This document shows, in pieces, positions 23,601 to 35,736 of a stretch of DNA of 64,000 bases. The notes beneath the pieces are model-generated. The model made no database searches and was not told the DNA's origin. It worked only from the letters and a program-made list of their open reading frames with translations. The position numbers were made by a program, and so were the translations under genes. Numbering within the stretch: the stretch's first letter is position 1; the number at the start of each line of letters is the position of its first letter. Source of the DNA: Blastocladiella emersonii ATCC 22665 (Eukaryota > Fungi > Blastocladiomycota); assembly GCA_025594325.1 (NCBI GenBank), contig JANHCV010000007.1, positions 992,001-1,056,000 on the forward strand, in the 5' to 3' direction.

Positions 23601-24372
23601 GGCCACCGTGGGCGCAGCGAACGGCGAGGCCATGGGGAGCGCGGGGCGGCCGCCGAACAGCGGGCCGGTCGACTGCGGGCGGTGGATTCCGCCGCCGAGG
23701 GCGCCGCCGCCGGCCGCGAACGGGAACGGCTTGGGCGCGGTGTCGGTGCCGGGCGCGGGCGCCGCGAAGGGGTTTCGGCCGACGGGCGTAGCCGAGGGGA
23801 TGGACGGGGTCGGGACGACGGGCGGGCGGCCCGCGAGGCTGCCGGTACTACCCATGGTCCCCGACGCAGGCGCGCCGCCGGCGCCGAGCAGGTTGTTGAA
23901 GAAGTCCTCGGACGAGCCCTGGGCCGAGAGCGAGGGGTTGCGGCTGCCCCAGGCGGGCGAGCCGAACGGACTGGCGATGGGCTGCTGCGGGGTGCGCGCG
24001 CCCGACCGGTCGGCGCTGCCGAAGAGGGAGCTCGCGGCGAGGGCTACACCGGATCGACGGTGGTCAGCGCGAACCGTGCTGAGGCAGATCGGGGGCGGAC
24101 GTACGCGTCATGGAGCGGAACGGGACGGCGGCAGCAAAAGTGACGGACCCGCTGCGACTCATGCGCGCGGGGGTACCGGCACCCGAGCCGGGCGCATCCT
24201 GCTGCGGCGGCGGCGGGTCGCTGGCGACGCCGAAGGCCGAGAAGAAGTCGCCGCCGGCGGCGGGCCCGGGCGTGCCCGTGGTGCGCGGCGGGGTGCCCAT
24301 CTGCGAGGCCGAGCCGCCGCTCGGGCGGCCAAAGAGCGACGACGAGTCCTGGAACGGGTTGTTGCTGGCCAT
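14691..24372 (-). CDS. SEC16: COPII scaffold Sec16, about 3186 aa; introns 24044-24104 and 19265-19324
   Basis: Central conserved domain (VPLVTFSPRG, YNLLL...GDAVDWCVSRGQWATALALAS, WRELLVLVLTH, DAAALCHLLA, LFLTEIVEF, PHLVGYKLAHA) and C-terminal ANLGKENTFYYDKELKRWINK. Spliced length 9561 nt. Confidence 0.9.
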
Positions 24373-25343
24373 GGACGCGTTACCGTAGAACTTCTATGGA
24401 GAGGTTGAGACTGGGAGGGCGGTCTGTGCGTCAGGATCGACGGCAGGGACGCAGGGACCCAAGGCAGGGCCGCCTGAGGCCCAGTGTGGCGTACCAGCGG
24501 CAGTCGAGCGATCGAGCGGGGTAGCCAAACGGCCGGTAGAGCCTCTAGCGGTGAAGCCGGTGCCGGCAGAAGACCGACGCGTCGGCGAAGCGGCGTGGTG
24601 GGTGGGGTGCGGTCGCCAGAGCAGTCGCGGCTGCAGCGGCTACTGCGGGGGCGGCGCGACCGATGCGGGTGCGGCGATGGCGCGACGGGGCGGTGTCGAT
24701 GCAGTGCAGCCAGTCGCGGCGGGCCTCGGGGCGTGCGGGCTCCTTGCAGGGAGAGGAGAGCGGGTCGGCGATCGCGACGTTCACTTTCGCCACATCTGCC
24801 CGAGACCTGGTCCAAGACCGCCACGTTGGCGAGCGCGCCGCACACGCCTGCCACGCCCATCGCGCGCCCCAACCGTCACCTGATTTCGGCACGCGTCTCG
24901 CACCCTGCCTCGCACGCGAGCCGATGTTCATTTTCGGCCCGCACGTGCGCGCCGAGACGCGCATTTGCGCTCAGTCAGTCGCCCACCCGCACTCATACTC
25001 ATGCACCGGCGCCGACTCGCCCGCCGGCAGCACCCGCAACGTGAGCCGACTGGACCGCATTTGCACACACTCGTGGCCGCTCAAAAGGTCCCCCGCCGCG
25101 CCCCCCCACCCTGCTCCTCCATCGCTCAACTACTCAGAGTAGATCGTATCACCTTGTACACTACTGCCCTGCACGCCCTCGTCCTCGACTTGGCTGCTCG
25201 GCACCTTCCACCCCTCCTCCCCTCCCTCACTTCGCTCCTCGACATCCACTTCGCCAACCACACCCGCAGCAGCACCGAAACTGCGCGCCTGCCGTCTTTC
25301 GACCGCACCCAAACCCACGACCCCGACACCCACCGCCGTTGCC

Positions 25344-27361
25344 ATGTCTCCCGTCAAGGCCACTAAGAACCGTAGTCGCGGTGGCGGCAGCGCTTCCAAG
25401 GCCGCCGCGACGTCGACGTCGACTCCGGCCGCCTCGCGCCCCGCGACCCCGACCCCGACCCCGACCAAGGCTGCCGCCGCGACTACCAAGCCCGTGTCGC
25501 GCCCCGCCTCGGTCCCCGTCAACCACGTGGCCGGCGCCACTGCCGCGACCAAGACGTCGTCGCGCGGTGGCGGGGTCGTGCTGACCGAGGACCTGGTCCT
25601 CGACAAGGCCAAGGTCGCGACGCTCGCCGAGGTAGAGCAGCTCAACGTGTGGGGGTACGCTTCGCCCTTCCCTCGCTCTGATACGCGGCGCCCCGCTGAC
25701 CCCCGCGACCGTGTAGCCTGCAGCTCGTGGACGCTTCAATCCTGGCCAAGATGCCCAACCTGCGCGTCCTGTCGCTCTCGGTCAACAAGCTGACGACACT
25801 CGCGCCGCTGGCCTCGCTGCGCAACCTCGAGGAGCTGTACCTGCGCAACAACCGCATCGGCGCCGACGCGATCGCGCACGGCGCGACGCCCGCCGCGGCC
25901 CTCGAGACCGAGCTCGCGCACCTGCGCGGGTGCACCAAGCTCACGACTCTGTGGCTGTGCGAGAACCCGTGCTCGTCGGGTCCCGACAAGGCCGCGTACC
26001 GCACCACGGTCGCCCGCGTCCTGCCGCAGGTCAAGAAGCTCGACAACGTGGAGCTGACTGACGCCGAGCGCGCGTCGTCGTCGGCCGCTACCTCGACCAC
26101 GGTGACGACGGTCCAGACCATGGCCAAGGGCAAGGGCGGCAAGAAGCAGGCCAACGCCGCGGCCGCCGTCAAGCGCCCGCCCACGCCCGTCTCGACGCTC
26201 ATGCCGACGCTCTCGGTGACCCCGGCCGCCGCCGCCGCGCCTGCCGCGTCGCGCGGCCGCTCGTCGACCCCGCGCCCCATGTCGGGCGGCAGCCCTTCGA
26301 CGGGCACCAAGCTCGAGGTGGTCACGGCGTCGCCGACGTCGGCCACGCTCGCGGGCGGCGCGCCGTACAGTCCGCAGGACGTGCGCAGCGTGATTCCGCC
26401 CGAGATCCCCGTGGTGCACTCGTCGGCGCCGCGCCGCGCGAGCTCGCTGTCGCCCACGGCTCACGCGCGCTCGCGCATGTCGACGGCCGAGCTCGAGGCC
26501 CGCGACACGGTCGGCCCGCTCGCCTCCCCGCTCGGCGCCGCCTTCTCGCCACAGGACGTGCGCAGCGTGATCCCGCCGCAGGTCCCGGTCCTCGTCAGCG
26601 CGAGCCGCCGCAGCTCCGTGTCGCCGACTCGTCCCGAGGTCGCGGGCACCACCACGCGCCGCGGCTCGACGTCGCGCCGCTCGTCGGTCTCGCCGACCCG
26701 CCGCCGCTCGTCCGTGTCGCCCACGCGTGCGACCGCATTGCCGACGCGCCGCGGCTCGTCGCTCCCGCGCACGGCCGCCGAGGACCCGGTGACGCCGCTC
26801 CGCGACGCGTCGCGTGCTGCGGCGTGGATCGGCGAGGGCGCGGTCGCTGCCGCGCCGTACACGTCGCAGGACGTGCGCAGCGCGAGCCCCGTGGAGCGCA
26901 TCGTGGTGGCGTCGGCGCTCGACCAGCGCCGCCGGTCGTCGTCGGCGTCGCCCACGCGCTCGTCGCCCGTCAACCCGCTCGACCACCTGCTCCCGGCCGC
27001 GGCGAACGGCGGGTCGCGCCGTGCAAGCTCGGCTCGCCCGCGCGCCACGTGGGACGCCCCGGCCACGCCGGTCGGGATCCGCGCCGCCGGCCACGGCACG
27101 CACACGCCCGACGCGTTCAAGTCCAACACGTACTCGCCGACGTCGTCGGTGGCCGCGATCCGCGCGCCCTCGGACACGGCGTCGGTGGCCAGCTCGGTCA
27201 CGGGCAAGGCGGCGATCGACAACAACGTGCTGTTCGCGGTCATGGCGCTCGTCCGCGAGCTCGACCCGTCGAGCCTGCGCATGGTCCACGCGTCGATTGG
27301 CCGCGCCATCAACGAGCACGACCGTCTCGGCCGTGGTACGTCGGCGCCGCGCGGTCTTTGA
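25344..27361 (+). CDS. CFAP410: CFAP410/C21orf2 cilia-associated LRR protein, 651 aa; intron 25655-25716
   Basis: Spliced LNVWGLQLVDASILAKMPNLRVLSLSVNKL, LEELYLRNNRI, LWLCENPC, LPQVKKLDN, and C-terminal NNVLFAVMALVREL. Spliced length 1956 nt. Confidence 0.9.
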
Positions 27362-27657
27362 TTGTGGCGGCTCGGACAGACGTCAAGTATTGGGTGTGAG
27401 ATTGTATGAAGGAAGATGATGATGGCGTCGTATTGACGCGGATACCTGAGCGGGCGGCTGATTTGGCCGCCGCTGTCTCGAAAATATACGAAACTTGTGC
27501 TTACGAACATCTTTCCTTGCGATCTGGAGCTTTGGAAGGAAGGCTGAGCGGCTCCTCTGTCTCCCACGATGGCCGCACTGCCTCGAAGTACTACTCGTGC
27601 CTCGATCCACTCTCTCGGACCTCCGTATCACGTATACACATGTAATTCAACCGGAAG

Positions 27658-29135
27658 ATGCCGCCCATCTTTGTTGCCACCGCCGTGGCCGCTGCCTCGT
27701 CGTTGGGAAACGACCCGTCCGACGCGCGACTGTGCTGCGCGCCGCGACGCCGCCAGCGCTGCCTGTGGACGGTGATCGCGCTGCTGGCCATCCTCGGCAT
27801 CCTCTTCTGGGTTTCGGGCCCGCCACCGACGCCCATGTACGAGTCGTACCGCGGCGTGTACTCGCAGCTGCTCTGGCGGTGGGACTGGTCGTTCCAGTAC
27901 CAGGACCCGTTCCACCGGGCCACCGTGTCGCTCGTGCTCGCCATGAACGGATCGACGACCAACAGCTCGTCGACCATGGCCATCTCGATGCCGCGCAACT
28001 ACACGAACGGCCGCGAGGAGCGGTGGCTACGCGAGCGCTCGCCGCAGGTCGACTTGCCCGCGACCGCGTACCGCTACGAGACGTGGCTTGCGAACGGGAC
28101 CGACCAGCTCACGCCCGGTTCGGTGATCCAGCTCGATGTGGGCGGCAGTCGGGCCAGCCTCAACTACTCGCTGACCGAGCTCGCGTACGTGCGTCGGATC
28201 AACGACACGAGCATGGGCACGGCGGCGCTCGGGTGCACGTACGCGCCGGATTCCTGCACGGCTGAGTGCGCGATGCGCGGTGGCCGCTGGATGCCCGAGG
28301 CCAAGCTGTGCGAGATTGTGTACTCGATCGACACGATCTGCGTGCAGTACTCGTCCATGATGAACATGTACGCGAAGGCCATCGTGATCGTTGGCTGTAC
28401 GGCCACCTCACATCGCACGGTCGTCTAGGTTTACGCGTTCCCCGTGCTACCGCGAGCAGCTCTACTCTTCGAACCGCGCGGGACTGCACCTCTCGCAGTA
28501 CAACGCCGAGTACACGACCAAGCGCGGGGTTCCGCTTCGCGTCCAGGTCCGGAGCACCGAGGATCCAATCGTGTTCGCGTCCGAGCTTACTGAGGGGTCG
28601 TACACATTCTCGGGCGGGCCCACTATCATCGTACGTGCCAAAAGCTCTCGGCCATCATCGTCCCTAACCCGCTTGTGTCATCTAGTACGGCAACCACTGG
28701 GTCGCCATCTTCATGTGGATCTCGGCCGTCTTCCTCGCCACGACGGCCATCTGCCACCGCAGCTGTCGTTGCTGTCGCGACGGCCGGCATCCAATCCCGT
28801 CCGTCGCACCGGAAGCTGGCGTCCCGCTCGTCCCGTCGCCCATCATCCCGACCGCTGTACCTCCGCCGCTCCCGCCACGCCTCAACCCGTACTACGGCTA
28901 CGGTCCCGCCGCGCAGCTGTCGTCCGGGCTGCAGCCGAGCGCGCCTCCCTTGCAGATGCCCATGCCGACGCCGATGGCTATGCCCATGGCAGGGCCGGCG
29001 GACGCGTGGGATGCGCCGCCGCCGTACTCGGCCATCGAGCCGTACGGCGCCTCGTCGAGCGCGTATCCCGCGGGGAACTCGGCTCCGGCCGGCCCGCCGC
29101 TTCCGCCGCGGCCGAGCAAGCGCGGTGATCATTGA
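27658..29135 (+). CDS. Uncharacterised 2-TM membrane glycoprotein, copy 1, 453 aa; introns 28368-28428, 28631-28685
   Basis: Hydrophobic segments LWTVIALLAILGILFW and HWVAIFMWISAVFLATTAI flank a Cys-containing loop with several N-x-S/T sequons. Pro-rich tail with PPPY. Spliced length 1362 nt. Confidence 0.75.
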
Positions 29136-29355
29136 GAGCCGATTAGGTGAGAAATGGATATATGCTGGATCATGGTTTACTGTGAGCTTGTCAAGTTTGA
29201 ACGACGCGAGGTTGACGCGCGTGGCGTACCGTCCACATGAGTGGCTTGAAACGTGAGACTCGAGTGTCTCGCGGCCAGAGCGCATGCGCCCCGGAAACTG
29301 CGTTGCTACAACCTTTGAGTAGCTCTCGCACTCCTCCAACATCTAACAACCCGCA

Positions 29356-30675
29356 ATGCCGGATTGTTTCAACTTGGATCCATCGTCACAGCTAAAGAAT
29401 CCTCGGAGGTGCTTCACTCGGAACTGCTGCAAGTGGAGTATTCGGGCCGTGGCCGTCGGGTTGGCCGTCTTTCGCATCATATTCTGACACGTCGGTCCAG
29501 CGCCAAATTTCAAGTACAATGCGTACCGTATTCCGTACGCACAGCAGGTTCAGAAATGGGAAACGGCAGTCCAGAGCCAGGACCCGTTTGCTGTGGTTTC
29601 GGTTGCGCTGAACACAAGTTGGCTCGGGATGTGCTCGCAACGGGCGGATCGTCAGCCAGCAACACCGCGATCGTCGCGATGCCGCGCAACTACACGTTCG
29701 GCCAGGAGGAGCAGTGGCTCCGCGAGCGGTCGCCGCAGGTCGACGTGCCTGCGTTCCTCTACCGCTACGAGACGTGGCTCGCGAACGGGACCGACCAGAT
29801 CACGGCCGGTTCGCTCATCCAGTTCAACACGACCGTCGGCGGCGGCGGCCGCGTCAGCCTCAACTACTCGCTCACCGACGTTGCGGCCGCGCGTCGGTTC
29901 ACGGACACGAGTCTCGGTGCGGCCGCGCTCGCGTGCTCGGGCCACGCGTGCGTCGGCGCATGTGCCGCGCGCGGCGGGCGGTGGGTCACGGCCAGCTCGG
30001 CCTACTGCGAGATCGTGTACACGCTCGACACGATCTCCGTGCAGTTCGCGGACACCATGTAATGGCGCACCCTCTCATCCCGTTTCTCGCCCCCCGTTGC
30101 CTCACTCGCGCTCCATGTATAGGCTCACGTCAACACCGTGCCACGTCGAGCAGTTCGTTACCGGTCTGCGCCTCGCTCCGTCCAACGTCATTTACACGAC
30201 GGCGCGCGGCGCGCCCGTTCGCGTGCAGGTCCGGTCGAGCGAGGATACGATCGTGATCGCGTCGCTGCTCACGGGCGGGACCTCCACCTTCTCGGGCGGG
30301 CCGATCGTCATGGTACGCGGTCGCTCGGTTGCAGATGCCACCCAAGCGGGGAACTGACATCCCTCCTGGACCACGTAGCACCAGAGCCACTGGGTCGCCA
30401 TCGTGCTCCGGAGCGCGGCGTTCCTGATCGTTCTTCTCGCCACCGTCAGCCGCGCGTGCTGCGGTCGCGGGGTAAAGCCGAGCAACCGTAGCCCAGCGGT
30501 GGCCTCAGAGGCCGGGCTCGCGCTCGTCAACCCGCACAACGGCCCGTCCATTCACACGCTCTCAGCGCCCCGACCCGTGGCCAAGTTCGACCCGGCCGCC
30601 AAGGACGCCGCGCCGAGCGGGCGGGACGCCGCCACGGAGCCGGCCAAGTCGGCGCTGACGGGGCAGGTCTTATAG
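29356..30675 (+). pseudogene. 2-TM glycoprotein copy 2; TGA at 29485-29487 and frameshift near 29610-29640; introns 30059-30122, 30313-30378
   Basis: MPRNYT...WLRERSPQVD...YRYETWLANGTDQ is near-identical to copy 1, with the same intron positions. The TGA aligns with Trp of copy 1 (IIF* vs ILFW). Confidence 0.75.
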
Positions 30676-30848
30676 TTGGGTGAACCACGGGTCCATCGCT
30701 TTCGCCTTCATTATCGTGTGCTACATGATACAGGATTCCGTCGTTGTTGGCGAAGCAAGAGCGAGAGTTGTTGACGGGCTGACCCGGAACCTTGACTGCG
30801 GCGCCGCGACAAACCCGGCTCGGCCTCCCCTACACCCACCCCTCTACA

Positions 30849-32233
30849 ATGATGTCAAACACCATGTACCTGCGCTACTTGGCGCAATCGGCGCTGCGCT
30901 CGTCGCGCTACGCTGCGACCGCGTCTTCGCCCGTGTTCGCGGCGACGCGGTCCATGCGCGTGGCCCGCCCCGCTGCCGCTGTCCCGCTGCTGAAGCGTGC
31001 TTGCTACTCGACTCAGCCGCAGCCCCAGCAGCAGCAGAAGAGGCAGGAGGAGGAGCAGCAGTCGGGCTGGTCCCTGCCGCGGATCCCTATCGGTGTCGGT
31101 CTGGCCGTGATTGCCGCGGTCCAGATCAAGCACGTTGTGCGCGACCAGCACGAGCAGGCCAAGCGCGAGAAGGAGATTCCGCAGGGCACGCCCGGTGTCG
31201 AGGTCGACGGGTCGTGGCTGGTACGTCGCTGTTGACCTGCCGCCGCAAAAGCGGTGTGCCTGACGCTCGGGTCGAGTAGGCGCACGTCCTCCGCAAGCTC
31301 CCGCTGCGCACGCTGTCTCGCGCGTGGGGCGTCGCCAACAACGAGCTCGAGGTGCCCGAGTGGCTGCGCTCGCCCTTCTACTCGGCGTACAGCTGGGTGT
31401 TCGACTGCCAGCTTCACGAGATGGTGAACCCGGACCTGACGTCGTACCGCAACCTGGGCGCTTTCTTCTACCGCGCCATCGACCTGGCCGCGCACCGGCC
31501 CGTGGACCCCGCCGCGCCGCTGATCATGCCGGCCGACGGCACGCTGCTGCACTGGGGCAAGGTGGACCTGACGCACGCCGACGCCGACTGCCAGTTCGCC
31601 AAGCACTCGATCGTGCACGGGATCAAGGGCGTCGGGTACAACCTGCACACGTTCCTGGGCGGCCGCGCGCCGTCGGAGCGCGACGCGACCGTCGATCCGA
31701 TGCTGGCGTCGGCCGACGCGCACCCCGCGACGGACCTGTACTACGCCGTCATCTACCTGGCGCCCGGCGACTACCACCGGTTCCACTCGCCCGCGCAGTG
31801 GACGGTGCGCGAGCGCCGCCACATCCACGGCGAGCTGCTGAGCGTGTCGCCGCGCCTGCTCGCGCAGCTGCCGACGCTGTTTGCGCTAAACGAGCGCGTC
31901 GCGCTGCTCGGCGAGTGGACCCACGGCATGTTCGCCATGGTCCCCGTCGGCGCCACCAACGTCGGGTCCGTCCGCATCAATTTCGACCCCGAGCTCGCCA
32001 CCAACCACCCGGCGTGGGCCGTCGATAACGGGTACGGCGTCGAGCGCATCGAGTACAACGCCGGCAAGGGCGTGCACCTCGGCAAGATGGACGAGATCGG
32101 CGGGTTCATGCTCGGGTCCACGGTCGTGCTCGTCTTCGAGGCGCCGCGCAACGGCTTCAAGTGGGCCATTGATGCGCCGCAGGGGCCCGTCAAGGTGCGC
32201 GTTGGCCAGACGCTGGCGACCATCGAGCAGTAG
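30849..32233 (+). CDS. PSD1: Mitochondrial phosphatidylserine decarboxylase proenzyme, 441 aa; intron 31221-31279
   Basis: Basic presequence-like N-terminus, YLAPGDYHRFHSP, VGATNVGSVRINFD and the LGST autocleavage motif (GGFMLGSTVVLVFEAP). Confidence 0.95.
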
Positions 32234-32288
32234 TGGGCGCAAAGTGAGGGGGTATAAGGGACTAGTTACGACTATATCATAAAGGTTT

Positions 32289-33155
32289 TCAGACGTCCAC
32301 GAACGGCGCCCCGTCCCGCGACCAGCACGACTGGATCGCGTAAACGAACGCCGTGGCGCCGTTGATGGCGAGGAAACCGAGCATCCACGCCAGCGTGAGC
32401 TCGCGGAGCGCGGGCGCGGGTACGCACTCGGGCTGGTTGAACAGGAACACGGCGCCGAGGATGACGAGGACGAGTCCAATGACGTCGAGCGTCAGTCGAA
32501 CGCTACAGGGGCACGACACACGGGTCAGCGAGCAGCGTCTCGCGTTGGACCGGCAGGACGTACACCCGCAGGTTGCGATACCACTCGGCCGCGTGGTACT
32601 CATCCTTCCGCCCACGCCAGAACGCCGCACGCACGTTGAACGGGAGGATCCAGAGCCAGATGAGCGACACGCCGAACTTGACGGCGTTGAGCTCGTACAG
32701 CGCGCGGCACGTGAGACTCGCGTACTTTTCCGAGTCCGGGTCGCGCCCGCCCGCCACGATCAACGCGGCGAGCGGGACGCCCGCGACGAGCAGGGTCAGC
32801 AGCACGAGGCCGAACGCGTGGACCTTGGCGATCAGCGGCGCGGCCGACCACTGCGACGCCAGGATGGTCAGGAAGCTGTCGTGCACGGTTGGTGGCGGGA
32901 TCCAGTCTATGCTCGGTTCAGGGGTAAACGGCTGTACACTGCGCTTCGGCCACCACTCGGCTTCGGCGTACCGCGCGGAGTCGACGTCAGGTTAACGATC
33001 AGGTACTCGTCCTGGTACCCGTCGCTGAAGCTGTCCGTGCTTGCGCTCTCGTCGTCGCCGCTCACGGGGGCGGGCGCCGAGGCGATCGAGTCGGCATCAA
33101 GTTCAGCGAGCCGCGCGGGTGACGTTGCGGGTACTGGTGGCTGCGTGCGATTCAT
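32289..33155 (-). CDS. Uncharacterised 4-TM membrane protein, 246 aa; introns 32907-32971, 32503-32563
   Basis: Three ORF segments join through GTACG...TAG introns (741 nt spliced). Four hydrophobic helices, with a Cys in each of two loops. Confidence 0.65.
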
Positions 33156-33656
33156 GGAAGTGGCTCTAGCTGCATTGCTGGCGAGAGGGAGGGACGACGA
33201 AAGGGCAGGAGCCGTAAAGTTTGCAGCCCCCTTGCTTCCGACCCGACGGGAGTGGTCGGCGGGGAATGGTGCCGCGTGCAAATGAGCGACGCGTCGGCCG
33301 AAGTGGCTTGATCGATTGCATCGCGCGTTCCTCACGACAACTCCCCCAGTTTGGCGAGCACAGTACAGCCGAGAGAGAAAGTCTAACCGGTGGGTGGAAA
33401 GAAGGTGTAGGCCAGGAGCAGATCGTGCTGCAGCAAACGCGAGGTCGGTCCATCAGCACAGTAATCAACACGACAGATAATCGCGCCGCGACGCCATGTT
33501 ACTGTTCCGTCTGTTGAAAAAGAGAAAATAATTGAATGAGCGACGTGCTGCAGGTGCGATCCTGAGGAGTACTTGAACCTCCCACGCCCGCCGTGTGCTC
33601 CAGCGGAGGAAGCTCGCCTCGAACGTCGCCGCACCCATTACCCGACGACATTCACC

Positions 33657-35219
33657 ATGACCGACCAGACCTTCACGTTCGGTCCCGACGAGCTGACGCG
33701 CAACAACGTTGATCCGCTCGCGGAGAACCTGACCGCTGAGCAGTTTCGCCGTCGGCTCAAGTTCTCGTTTGGAGAGCACCTCGACGGATTTCTCGCGTCT
33801 CGCGAGCTTGTCTACAGCCTTACCACCACAACGCTCGATGACGCGCTGTCAGAGGCCTCAGCCGGCAAGGCCAACAAGGAGAAGCGCGACCAGTCGTGGT
33901 GCAACGAGCACATGACGCTCGACTTTGTGTGCCCGCTTTGCGACGAGCGCTCGCTGCAGTTTGTCCGCAAATCGTACGTTCTCTCCCTTTTCTTCACCAT
34001 TAAACCGTCTATTTACCAGCATCGCTTGGCTTGTACAGGAGCTACAAGTCGGAACTGCGCTCTGCGCTCGTCTCTCACATGGGCACACACGGGCTGCTGC
34101 GCGAGCAGTTCTTGTGCCCCGGCCGCACCCATGCCACGGAAGGTAAGAAGTGCCGGTCGCTCCTCCACCGCCCAGAGTACGCCTGCGATCACTTTCTCGG
34201 AGCTCGCTCCAGATGGCTAACAATTTCTCCGTAGTCGCCATCACATTTACCATCTTAAGCGTCAGCGCAGCTGCTTCGACGCTTACTTGGCGGCTTTGGC
34301 CGCCGGCGACGAGCCCGTCCGCAAGCTTGTGATTGCGCTGATCAACAGCAGGCGAGGCCAGCGCAAAATCGGCGACACGACGCCCATTTTGGCGCAGTCC
34401 CTCGCCCAGCGCTTCATCGAGATGGTCCTCGGCGACGTGCCGGTCGCTGCCGAGCTCGACTTCGACTTCGACTTGGACGAGGAACTCGAGCCCGAGCCCG
34501 AGCCTCGTCCGGACAGTACTGCGACCCCTTTTGCCGTCGCCGCCGTCGTTGCCGACGGGTACAACTCGACCGGTTCGGTGGAGCACCCGCTCATTGCCGC
34601 TTCTTCGCCGCCGATCGAGCCGCTCGAGCTCGACCTTTTCGCTGATTCGTCAGATCTCATCGTAGATGACCAGATTACACGGATCCTTGCCGAGGCCGCG
34701 GCGACGACGTCGGTCACGGACACACCTCTTCGTCCAAATGAGGTCGTCCAGGTCGACAACTTTGCGCGACTTGCAGCAACCACCATGCCGAACGAGGGTA
34801 TCATGACCAACAGCTTGCGTCTCGCGAATACCCAACACCACCTCAACGGGTTCTATCCATCGCCCTCGTTCAGCACTCTTCCCTCGATCCCGTACGCGAG
34901 CAGTCCTCTGCCGCATTTGATGTCCATGACGTCGAACGAGCTGCCTTGGCCCAGCTCGGGATTCTTTGCGGGAGCAATCGCAATCCCGTCAGTCCCGTAC
35001 TTTGATCCCGTCTCGCTTGCTGCCGTGGCCGGGTCGCCGTTCCTAGGCCCGCCGCTTCAACAGGTCTCGCTACCGACACCTCCGCCCGTGACTCTCGATG
35101 ATCCTTTCGCGACTTTTGCCGCGGCTGGCTCGTCCGAGGATCAGTTCGCGCAGCCTCAGCATGTCGATCCGGCGAGCTCAACGCCCGAAGCCTACCTCGC
35201 CTACCTCCTCTCCGAGTAG
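33657..35219 (+). CDS. Zinc-finger protein ZnF-A, 479 aa; introns 33974-34038, 34177-34234
   Basis: Spliced FVCPLCD...SHMGTHGLLREQFLCPGRTH...CRSLLHRPDRHHIYHLKRQRSC. Spliced length 1440 nt. Clear paralog of 40122-41605. Confidence 0.8.
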
Positions 35220-35736
35220 CGTCGCTGGGAGGCCTCGGCACCTGTAACATTTTGTCTCTTCTGCCGTCATTCCATCCTGTACCACATACACGTCTACCTT
35301 GGAGCATCCTTAACAGCAGTCTGGAGCTGCGAACGCGAGGAACACATGGGCACGCGCAACGCGTCTTGTTTCAGGATCAGCCGCAGCATCTATCAACGTG
35401 AGCGGGCCACGTTCAGTCCGTGCCTGCGCGCGGCTAAACCACCCGCGTTGCCACCGCGGCCAGCAAGCCAGCCAATCCTACGAGCTGTACTGTTCGCAGG
35501 ACAAGAGGACGTTGCACTCAGTCGTCGAAGCGCTGCCCGTTTCCGCCGCCGGGGCCAGCGCAGCGCGTCCCAACGATGGCGGCTCGCCAGCCACCCGTCT
35601 CGTTTCGGAGGAGCGGCGCCTTCTCTACTGATGCCCCGGCCCACGCGCCCCGGAACCCCGCGCGCGTTCCGCCCCTTAAAGCTCGCGCGCCGCCCATCGT
35701 TACTCCTGTCTTCCCCGACCCCCGTCGACCGGCAAG

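Noticed and set aside
18447-24408. Very long plus-strand ORFs (1203 aa at 18447, 761 aa at 22123) and many similar Arg/Ala/Gly-rich ORFs throughout the window
   Set aside because: They are antisense or alternate-frame shadows of GC3-rich genes (poly-Leu mirrors the CAG poly-Gln of SEC16) and contain no domain motifs.
2455-27361. NEK, C11orf65-like and CFAP410 as a ciliary gene cluster (NEK1 binds C21orf2 in animals)
   Set aside because: They are separated by more than 20 kb of unrelated genes, and the kinase is a minimal divergent NEK not shown to be NEK1. Chance co-location is plausible.
29618-29655. 38-nt GT-AG segment that would repair the frameshift in membrane protein copy 2
   Set aside because: Well below the 54-80 nt norm, weak GTTGGC donor, no branch site, and absent from copy 1. 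The upstream TGA would remain anyway.
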